Assembly: GCF_031583145.1 (NCBI RefSeq)
Contig: NZ_CP134050.1
Location: forward strand, 685,739-717,738
Direction: 5' to 3'
Length of the DNA: 32,000 nucleotides
Source: Brevibacillus brevis
GTDB lineage: Bacteria > Bacillota > Bacilli > Brevibacillales > Brevibacillaceae
Position numbers and translations under genes: made by a program
The notes under the pieces: generated by a model
What the model was told of the DNA's origin: nothing
Seen by the model: only the letters and a program-made list of their open reading frames with translations
Databases searched by the model: none
In this document: positions 17,184-24,606 of the stretch, piece after piece
How positions within the stretch are numbered: the first letter of the stretch is position 1
Layout of the letters: each line of letters begins with the position of its first letter

Positions 17184-17425
17184 GAAATGTAGTAAATGGC
17201 AATTAAAAATGTACCACTTGCCTTCAACTTTTTTATTTACCGTGTAAAAGCGATTCTTTGTACCGATGGCTTTCGCCATTGAATATGATCAAATGAGAGT
17301 GATGAATCAAACGATCAATCACTGCCACTGTCAAAATTCGATCGCCAAAAACATGGTTCCATTGTGGGATTGGATCCGTGATATTGATCCGGTCGGTCGG
17401 CGTATCGGTAAACAACGAGGAGGCA
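17174..17425 (-). pseudogene. istB: IS21-family right end with the 3' fragment of an istB gene (third lineage)
   Basis: The minus strand reads LFTDTPTDRINITDPIPQWNHVFGDRILTVAVIDRLIHHSHLIIFNGESHRYKESL-stop, an IstB C-terminus. The subterminal repeats GGCAAGT / GGCAATT / CACTTGCC lie at 17175-17222. The outer end is TG at 17174. Confidence 0.7.
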
Positions 17426-17569
17426 TTTTGGGTTGATCTGAGCAGGATAATCGAGGAAAATATGTATCAAAATCTTCCTTTTTCCACGCTCCCTGCCCAC
17501 GACTGTATTCTAACCCGTTGTCGTTTTTTACCATCAGGTATATACTGTTGTTTGGAAGGAGGGATGGGG

Positions 17570-18112
17570 ATGCTTAGAAGATTTATGTTGGCGTTTATTG
17601 CTCTTCTTTGCCTCGGGGCACAAACTGCTTCCGCAGATGTTTCTGTTAAGGGATATTTCAGAAAAGACGGTACATACGTCAAACCACATATGCGGAGTAA
17701 TCCAGACGGCAACTTTTGGAACAATTGGAGCACCAAGGGCAACATAAATCCATACACAGGGGAACCTGGAACGAAATCATGGCCGACTTACACGCCATCG
17801 TTTACACCGTACACACCAACGTTACCGGAACCGACATTGCCTGACTTTCCAACGTACTCACAACCGAATTACACGCCGTCTCAATCCGAACCTGTCCCGC
17901 CAGAGGCACCAGAAACATTTATGTCGCCGAAGCCTGCGAAGGGATGCCAATCCATCACAATTCCAGAACGCAAGATACCTCAAAGGGTGATTCCCAAACG
18001 TGTCATTCCTGCTCGGACCATCAACGGCATTTACTATCCGGAAATGGTTTTGCCGGAAGTTGTACTCCCTGAAGTTGTATTGCCTGCCCAAACGATGACT
18101 ATATGTAATTAA
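17570..18112 (+). CDS. Secreted protein with a basic YFRKDGTYVKPHMRSNPDG motif, a Pro-rich linker and short C-terminal repeats
   Basis: AGGAGG lies 7 nt upstream of ATG 17570. The signal peptide is MLRRFMLAFIALLCLGAQTASA. The repeats are IPQRVIPKRVIPARTI and VLPEVVLPEVVLP. Confidence 0.7.
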   Translation: MLRRFMLAFIALLCLGAQTASADVSVKGYFRKDGTYVKPHMRSNPDGNFWNNWSTKGNINPYTGEPGTKSWPTYTPSFTPYTPTLPEPTLPDFPTYSQPNYTPSQSEPVPPEAPETFMSPKPAKGCQSITIPERKIPQRVIPKRVIPARTINGIYYPEMVLPEVVLPEVVLPAQTMTICN

Positions 18113-18426
18113 AAAGGAGTTGCGCTCATTTATCAATTGGCTCCCATTTCGTTTTCTGTTATGGGCTTCCTTGTGTACACTTTGATAAATGAGATTCTTC
18201 CGGAAAAGCATGATTAAGCGAGTCGCATACGCTGGAAGCGACAGCCCAGCAGCGTACCAGAGATGTGGTCATCGTTTTGCCTGTTGAAAGACAGTCCTTC
18301 TCTATTCGGGGAAGGGCTTTTATGCTGCGCTAGCCTGTGAAGCACTGCGTAGAGGCGTGACTCCCTCTTCAACTGGTCGGCCAAGCAGGCGAGTGCTTAC
18401 CTCGCTCCGGCGTTATGGCTGTGTAA

Positions 18427-18516
18427 TCGACTGACCGCGATGAACACTTCATGTGGCTAAGAGCTGGGTATAGACTTGCTTTGGATCGGGATCGTGATGG
18501 AGTAGCGTGTGAATAA
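18427..18516 (+). pseudogene. Relic of an Excalibur calcium-binding domain
   Basis: Reads ...AGYRLALDRDRDGVACE-stop, close to the usual PGYxxxLDRDGDGVACE. Only 29 codons are open. An upstream frame reads LCNRLTAMNTS, which suggests a frameshifted remainder. Confidence 0.4.
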
Positions 18517-18522
18517 CATTGT

Positions 18523-18558
18523 AACGCCCTTCTCGTTTTGAGTAAGGGCGTTGAATTT
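18523..18558 (+). terminator. Hairpin terminator
   Basis: AACGCCCTT-N12-AAGGGCGTT followed by GAATTTTA. The U-tract is weak. Confidence 0.5.
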
Positions 18559-18565
18559 TAACATT

Positions 18566-19045
18566 TTAGCAAAGTGAAGCTAAAAACGAATCCAGTATTT
18601 CCGTGTGTTTTTCTGAAGGAAGGTACTCATCTTTCTCCCATCCCCAAATCATCCGTGAGCTTACTCCCATTAACTTCCCGAACTCTTTTTTGGTGTATCC
18701 ATGATACAGACGGGCTTTTTTTATCCGTTGCCCAAGTGTCTCTTCCGGGAGATCCTCGAAACAGCCAAGAAACGCAATGGAAACACCGAGCGCTTTAGAT
18801 AATTTTCTGAGATTGGGCGGGGTGACAGTCGTTTTGTTTTGTTCCGCATTCCTTAACGATACCACGCTGATTCCTGTCCTAGCAGATAGGTCAACAAGAA
18901 GCAAGTTTTTGTCTAACCTAGCACGTCTGAGTCTGCCTCCAGGTGTATCATCTTCGGGTAAAGGTGGCGATAACGAAACATTCTTCTTAATCACAATTTC
19001 AAAGGTGTTATCTGAACCCTTGTCCGTGCGGATTTTACGGCACAA
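18566..19045 (-). CDS. Transcriptional regulator with two XRE-type HTH domains
   Basis: HTH 1 is LRRARLDKNLLLVDLSARTGISVVSLRNAEQNKTTVTPPNLRKLSKALGVSIAFL. HTH 2 is LGQRIKKARLYHGYTKKEFGKLMGVSSRMIWGWEKDEYLPS. The only in-frame starts are TTG 19045 and GTG 18994, neither with an RBS. The first 11 codons are antisense to the comM relic. Confidence 0.65.
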   Translation of the reverse strand: MCRKIRTDKGSDNTFEIVIKKNVSLSPPLPEDDTPGGRLRRARLDKNLLLVDLSARTGISVVSLRNAEQNKTTVTPPNLRKLSKALGVSIAFLGCFEDLPEETLGQRIKKARLYHGYTKKEFGKLMGVSSRMIWGWEKDEYLPSEKHTEILDSFLASLC

Positions 19046-19503
19046 GGGAACAGATCGAATGTTGCTGTTCGCCGCAGCAGGTTCAGCGGTACCGATCTCG
19101 ATTGTCGGGACCGCTATTGGATCGAATCGACATCCACCTGGAGGTGCCCCGCGTACCGGTAGAGGTGCTGGACAGCGGGGGGCGCGAAGAGGCGTCTGCC
19201 GCTATCCTCAGCAGGGTGGAGCAGGCACGTTCCCGGCAAGTCGATCGTATTCCCCATCGAAAAGACTTTCCGTTCAACAGCGGCATGACACCGAGCGATA
19301 TTCGCAAATACGTTGTCCTGGATCAGGAGGGGCAGAAATTGCTCCGCATGGCATTTGAATCCATGGGGTTAAGTGCTCGGGCGTACCACCGGATCGTCAA
19401 GGTGGCGAGGACAATCGCCGATTTGGCAGGCTCTTCAGAGGTACGGGCAGAGCACGTGGCGGAGGCGATTCGCTACCGGGCGATGGAGCGGAAGGTGGTG
19501 TAA
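19012..19503 (+). pseudogene. comM: 3' fragment of comM/yifB (Mg-chelatase-like AAA+ protein), last ~163 codons
   Basis: Reads LNPCPCGFYGTREQIECCCSPQQVQRYRSRLSGPLLDRIDIHLEVPRV...LSARAYHRIVKVARTIADLAGSSEVRAEHVAEAIRYR, the conserved ComM C-terminal region. The N-terminal Lon-like and AAA+ parts are not present upstream. Confidence 0.85.
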
Positions 19504-19642
19504 CAGATATATAACTAAATAGGGCTTGCTGAACGAATGAAAAATTGAGTAACCACAAGGGTTTTGCCCCGTTTTCATCGAAGTCATGTGCAAGGAAATC
19601 GATGATTTTCCTGCAAATTCCTTGCACATGGAGCGGATATGG

Positions 19643-20044
19643 ATGTACGAATATATCTCTCATCGTGAAAACCAATTGCTTCTCCCCGATGATTTCTTCT
19701 TGCCGTTTGGCGGCAAGTTGAATAAAGAAAATCGCTGGGTCAAACTGGCTCAGTTGGTGCCGTGGGTATATGCGGAGAAAAAGTATGCCAAATCCTTTCG
19801 CAAATCATTTCGTGGACAAAAGGCCGTTTCTATCCGTGTCGCCCTTGGTGCCCTCATCATTCAGGAACGCTTGCAGTTGTCGGACCGGGAAACGGTCCAG
19901 CAGATTGTCGAAAACCCGTATCTGCAATATTTCATCGGGCTGGAAGGCTATCAGGATCATCCGCCGTTCCACCCGTCGCTCATGACGCATTTTCGCAAAC
20001 GTCTGGGCGAGCAAGTTCTCCGCGAAATCAACGAGATCATCGCG
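19643..20044 (+). pseudogene. IS1182/IS5-type transposase, N-terminal (DUF772-like) fragment cut by IS256
   Basis: Reads LLLPDDFFLPFGGKLNKENRWVKLAQLVPW...RVALGALIIQERLQLSDRETVQQIVENPYLQYFIGL...FHPSLMTHFRKRL. The reading frame is broken exactly at the IS256 left IR (20045). Confidence 0.7.
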
Positions 20045-21602
20045 GTTGAGTCCGTATAATTGTGTAAAAACAGAATCTCTCTGAAAAATAAGGGAGCCAT
20101 TTCAGTTCCCTCCGGATAGAATGTGGTTGACTAGATAACATTCGAAAGAGAGGGAATTTGAAATGGCTCAATACCAGATTACCGTAGATTCGCAACTTTT
20201 GCATCAGCTTTTTCTCGGCAATTCACAGGATTCGGGAGTGTCCAAGTTGTTGGAATCCGTATTGAACCAAGTCTTGCAGGCACAGGCGACCGAACAGTTG
20301 GGGGCGGAACCCTACGAACGGACAGATGAGCGTCAAGCATATCGAAATGGTACATACCCACATCAATTGACTACACGTGTCGGTACGATCACGCTTCGTG
20401 TCCCTCGCATTCGCGGCGGGAAGTTCTCCACCGAGTTGTTCGCCCGTTATCAACTCAGCGAACAGGCACTGGTGCTGGCTCTCATGGAGATGGTCGTCCA
20501 TGGTGTGTCTACCCGCAAGGTGGCCCAGATCACAGAAGAATTGTGCGGTACGGAGTTTTCCAAATCGACCGTGTCCGATCTTTGCAAACGGTTAGATCCC
20601 ATGGTGACCGCCTGGAATAACCGTCCGCTGCACGCTTCTTCGTTCCCCTTTGTCATCGTCGATGCCCTGTACCTGAAAGTACGCGAAGAAGGACGAGTGC
20701 GGTCACGCGGCACTCTCATCGGGATCGGTGTCAATGCCGACGGATACCGGGAGGTATTGGGCGTTATGCTCGGCGACAGCGAGTCGGAGGCCAGCTGGAG
20801 CGAATTTTTTGGCTGGCTGAAAAGCCGTGGGCTTAAAAAGGCGTCGATCTGATTGTGTCGGATGACCATGGAGGGTTGGTTCGAGCCATCCGCAGGAACT
20901 TCCAAGGGGTGACCTGGCAGCGATGCCAGACGCACTTCATGCGCAACATTCTTGACGCCACACCCAAATCCTTGCAGGACGAGATTCATAGCCGGATTCG
21001 CCCCATTCTGGAGGCACCGGATGCAAAGACGGCACGGATGCTGTTAGAGAAGGTACTGGAGGAGTATGAAACGAAAGCGCCGAAGGCCATGGCTGTCCTG
21101 GAAGCAGGCTTCGAAGATGTCACAGCCGTCTTGGCATTACCGGAAAAGTACCGCAAGCGTCTTCGCACCACCAATCCGATGGAGCGGTTGAATGAGGAAA
21201 TCCGCCGCCGTGAACGCGTGATTCGGATTTTTCCGAATCGAGAGTCTGCCATCCGCTTGATAGGGGCATTGCTCATGGAGATCGACGAGAAGTGGGCAAG
21301 TGGGAAGAAGTATCTGGATACGTCCGACTATCTTGCATGGCGCGAATCGCAAGCAGGATCTCCCGGTTCGAAAGTTACACGCATCGGTTGACCGACGTAG
21401 CCTGTCAAGGCCGCGAAGCGTTCCATTTAGCCTTGACAGGCTGAATGAAACACACTTTTGAAAAACCCAGCAAGAGATTGCTGGGGCTGCCATACGGCGA
21501 GTGACGGGGTGCAGGGGGCGAACTCCCTGCGTCTTCTCCTTCGGGGGACGGAAGGGGGCGTTCTAACCGAGGGAGAATTTACACACAAATATGGACTTGA
21601 TC
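20045..21602 (+). mobile_element. IS256-family insertion sequence, full length (copy 2)
   Basis: The left IR is GTTGAGTCCGTATAATTGTGTAAAAAC. The imperfect right IR is ...TTTACACACAAATATGGACTTGATC, ending at about 21602. There is no 8-bp duplication: the flanks are TCATCGCG and AAGGGATG. A 13-bp-stem hairpin lies at 21399-21442, after the transposase stop. Confidence 0.85.
20163..21391 (+). pseudogene. IS256-family (mutator-type) transposase split by a -1 frame change
   Basis: ORF A (20163-20852) ends ...WLKSRGLKKASI-stop. ORF B is in the -1 frame from 20840 and reads GVDLIVSDDHGGLVRAIRRNFQGVTWQRCQTHFMRN.... The two are contiguous in intact family members. The switch point is the A5G run at 20835-20840. 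Confidence 0.85.
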
Positions 21603-22292
21603 AAGGGATGCTAACCAAATCGCGAGTCGCATCAAGCACGCCAAATTCCCTTACATGAAAACGCTCGATCAATTTGAATTCTCGGCGATTCCGTCCCTCA
21701 ATAAGCCCAAATTGCTTCAACTGGCTCGTTGTGAGTACATCGAAAAGGCAGAGAACATCATGTTTATCGGAAACTCTGGCACTGGCAAAACTCATCTCTC
21801 CATTGCACTCGGGAAGGAAGCTTGCCATCATGGCTATTCCGTCCAGTTTTGGACTGCCGCTAAAATATGCAATGAGCTTATGGAAGCTCAGTCCCAAAAG
21901 CGAATTCTCCAGCTAGAGAGGCAATGGTTGAAAACAGATTTGATTATTTTGGATGAAGTCGGGTTTGTCCCTCTCAGTCGGACCGGGGCGGAGTTATTAT
22001 TCCAATTTTGTGCGGCCCGCTATGAGAAAGGAAGCATGATCATTACCAGTAATCTGGAATTTACGGAATGGACACAGATTTTCAAAGATGAGCAAATGAC
22101 GTCAGCCCTGGTTGATCGGCTTACCCATCGTGCCCACATCTTTGCAATGAATGGGGACAGTTATCGCTTTAAACAGAGCATTCAAAGATCGTGATCATGA
22201 AAAAGTTACCCACCCGACGGGTGGATTGATTTTTGCCATGGTGGTCAATTTTTTGATGAGCACTGTGGTCAACATTTTGGTTGACATTCACA
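21603..22292 (+). mobile_element. istB: IS21-family element, 3' part only: 5'-truncated istB (to 22194) plus the right terminal repeats
   Basis: The frame is open from the IS256 end and reads RDANQIASRIKHAKFPYMKTLDQFEF...GNSGTGKTH (Walker A)...LIILDEVG...LVDRLTHRAHIFAMNGDSYRFKQ. The terminal repeats TGGTCAA / TGGTCAA / GGTTGACA end in ...CATTCACA at 22292. Confidence 0.8.
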
Positions 22293-22840
22293 CCGTTGCA
22301 AAGGATCGGCTGACATTGATTCGCCCGGCTCTCGAGGCGTTACGATCCGGCAAGAAAAAACAAATTCAGAATTTCGCCGACATTTATTCCAGTGTGTCCA
22401 TTGACGATTATTTGGATCGGATTGAAGCTGAACAGCGGCAAGCGGAACGATTGGAATTGATTCGGAATGAACTTGGTTACGACGTTGTGGAACAAACCGT
22501 GAATGAAGTCTGCGCATGGCTTGTTGAGGCGGGGATTGATCAACTGTCAGCGAAGCAATCGGCCGAGAAGGTTGTAAAGGCGTTTTTGAACGAACTTGAT
22601 AGTGTAGACCTACATAAGGAGGCCTTAAAGCTGGCTTTACAAACTCCGACTGTGCCATCAAGTTCTTCGCCTAAGCAACGCGGAAGAAGCAGTTCAAGAG
22701 TGATTCCGACCGAGCCTGACGATTTGAGAGTAATCGTATCACAAGGGAAAAAGAAGAAGTTGTCAGCTTACGAGGCGCTGAAGGCAGCCGGATATATTAA
22801 AAATCCTTTGGAGTTCCTTAATGAGGCATTGAACCCATGA
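22293..22840 (+). pseudogene. tnsC: Probable tnsC 3' fragment (last ~182 codons) of a Tn7-like transposon
   Basis: The frame continues from the IS21 end with no start codon of its own (TVAKDRLTLIRPALEALRSGKKKQIQNFADI...). It has an ATGA stop/start overlap with tnsD, and its position matches Tn7 gene order. The family assignment rests on synteny plus my weak recollection of TnsC C-termini. Confidence 0.5.
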
Positions 22841-24606
22841 ATGAACGGTTTCCAATTCCAATTCCGTATCCAGATGAGCTCTTATACGGCGTGATCAGTC
22901 GGTATCACTTAAGGGCTAATAACACAAGTCCAAAATGCACGTTTAAAGAAGTGTATGGCACGAAGAATGTCATCCCGACAATTGACCTGCCAAGTCATAT
23001 CGAGGCATTTTCGCGTAGAAGTATGTGGCATGAAATGACAGCCGATGATTGGATCAAAGACCACACTTTTTATCCGTATTATTCTCCCTTCTTGCCAAAG
23101 GATCGTGCCAATCGTTTAAAGCAACTCATGAAAGGGCCGGATGGTTCGGGGATACATGCACTTGTTGGGATTACCGCCAGTACAGTGGATAGGAGCGGTG
23201 ATTTACGGTTCTGTTCACAATGCTATAAAGAAGATATCCATCAATTTGGGGAACCGTATTGGCACCGCATTCACCAGTTGCCGGGAGTATGGGTTTGTCC
23301 GGTTCATCGGGATGTTCTGCATCGGATGACATACCCGGTTTCAGATCGATATGGGTTGACCGTTCTCCCTATTTCGAAGAAGATGTTCGGCTCAGTACCG
23401 ATTGTCGCCAACTTGTCAGGTAAAACAATCAATCAGCTTTCAGACATCGCAAGAGACATTCAGGCATTAATGCAAACCAACGATTTGCCAGTTCTTTATG
23501 AATCCAGGAACATATTTCTACCACGCTTACGGAAGCAAGGGTATGTAACCGCAGGCGGGCGTATTCGCCAGCAAAAACTTGAGGAACAGTTCGTCATTTG
23601 CTATGGGAGAGAGCTGCTGGAGATGCTGGGCAGCCTTCCATACGGTAAGGACTACACATGGCTGAATCTGGCGACAAGGTCCGCCCGGCGGGCGATTCAT
23701 CCGCTGCGGCAGATGCTGCTGATCCGTTTTTTATACGGGTCATTCAATGGATTTTTAGAACAATCCGAGGTGGATGACGCACCCTTCGGTAAAGGGCCAT
23801 GGCCATGTCTGAACAAAGCAGCGGAACATTATCGAACCTCAATAATAACGGACCTGCGCATTACGCGTTGTACAGATACCGGCCGGCCTGTAGGAACCTT
23901 TACTTGTGAATGCGGCTTCGCCTATTCAAGACGAGGACCGGATCAATCCGAAGAAGATAAATACCGCAGAGGGCGTATCAAATCGTTTGGTCCTGTTTGG
24001 ATGGATAAGCTTCAGGTACATTTGCGAGAGGGCATTTCCTATCGTTCCATGGCAGCGTTATTGGGGGTTGATACGAATACAGTCATGAAGTACGCCAAAG
24101 GTACGGTGACAACACGCAACTTGGAACCTGCATTATTAGAGAGTCCAAGAAAATCTTTCAAACCTGTCCGATCCAAGGGATCTAAACATACACGAGTCGA
24201 CTGGGGGAAACGTGATCTGGAGCTAAGTTGGATTGTCGAGGAAGCATGTAGAAGGATGTTATCCGATCGCAAAAATAAACCTGTCAGAATTACGATTTCA
24301 GCGATAGGCAAACGAATCGGGAAACTGAGTTTGCTAGAAAAGCAAAAACAAAAGCTCCCTGTAACGATGGCAGTCTTGTCCGGCTACCTTGAGTCTACAT
24401 CTCAATTTCAAATTAGAAGAGTTCGATGGGCTGCTGAACAAATGGCTGGCGAATGGCCCATAAAACGGTGGAAACTTGTGAAAAAAGCCGGACTGCGACC
24501 AGGATATGCCCAAGAGGTATCTGATGAAATCGATCGTTGTATTGGACAAGGGGCTGCAATAAACCGAATTGCATCTGCTGAGGTGACACCATTATGGCTG
24601 CATTGA
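22837..24606 (+). CDS. tnsD: Tn7-like target-selection protein TnsD (TniQ family)
   Basis: The TniQ N-terminus is FPIPIPYPDELLYGVISRYHLR. The CCCH zinc finger is LRFCSQCYKEDIHQFGEPYWHRIHQLPGVWVCPVH. A second Cys cluster is WPCLN...CTDTGRPVGTFTCECGF. The ORF is 589 aa. Confidence 0.88.
   Translation: MNERFPIPIPYPDELLYGVISRYHLRANNTSPKCTFKEVYGTKNVIPTIDLPSHIEAFSRRSMWHEMTADDWIKDHTFYPYYSPFLPKDRANRLKQLMKGPDGSGIHALVGITASTVDRSGDLRFCSQCYKEDIHQFGEPYWHRIHQLPGVWVCPVHRDVLHRMTYPVSDRYGLTVLPISKKMFGSVPIVANLSGKTINQLSDIARDIQALMQTNDLPVLYESRNIFLPRLRKQGYVTAGGRIRQQKLEEQFVICYGRELLEMLGSLPYGKDYTWLNLATRSARRAIHPLRQMLLIRFLYGSFNGFLEQSEVDDAPFGKGPWPCLNKAAEHYRTSIITDLRITRCTDTGRPVGTFTCECGFAYSRRGPDQSEEDKYRRGRIKSFGPVWMDKLQVHLREGISYRSMAALLGVDTNTVMKYAKGTVTTRNLEPALLESPRKSFKPVRSKGSKHTRVDWGKRDLELSWIVEEACRRMLSDRKNKPVRITISAIGKRIGKLSLLEKQKQKLPVTMAVLSGYLESTSQFQIRRVRWAAEQMAGEWPIKRWKLVKKAGLRPGYAQEVSDEIDRCIGQGAAINRIASAEVTPLWLH

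Noticed and set aside
20832-20842. Programmed -1 ribosomal frameshifting in the IS256-type transposase.
   Set aside because: The site is T-AAA-AAG, not a full X-XXY-YYZ heptamer. I saw no obvious downstream stimulatory structure, and the family normally encodes one ORF. It is kept only as an alternative in the frameshift finding.
21392-21602. Structured 210-bp region after the IS256 transposase stop, with hairpins at 21399-21442 and about 21466-21486, considered as an ncRNA or group II intron fragment.
   Set aside because: There is no resemblance to intron domain V or any RNA family I recognise. It lies inside the IS between the transposase stop and the right IR, so it is most simply the element's own 3' region.
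22288-22297. The same CCGTT pentamer flanks both the complete IS21 element (8741-8745) and the truncated IS21 fragment (22293-22297), which suggested a shared target preference.
   Set aside because: Relative to element orientation the two pentamers are reverse complements of each other. The second element's other end is missing, so no duplication can be shown. A 5-bp coincidence is plausible.
22151-22840. 229-aa ORF as a stand-alone gene.
   Set aside because: Its N-terminal 47 codons read through the istB 3' end and the IS21 terminal repeats. Only the part after 22292 belongs to the Tn7-like module (the tnsC stub).
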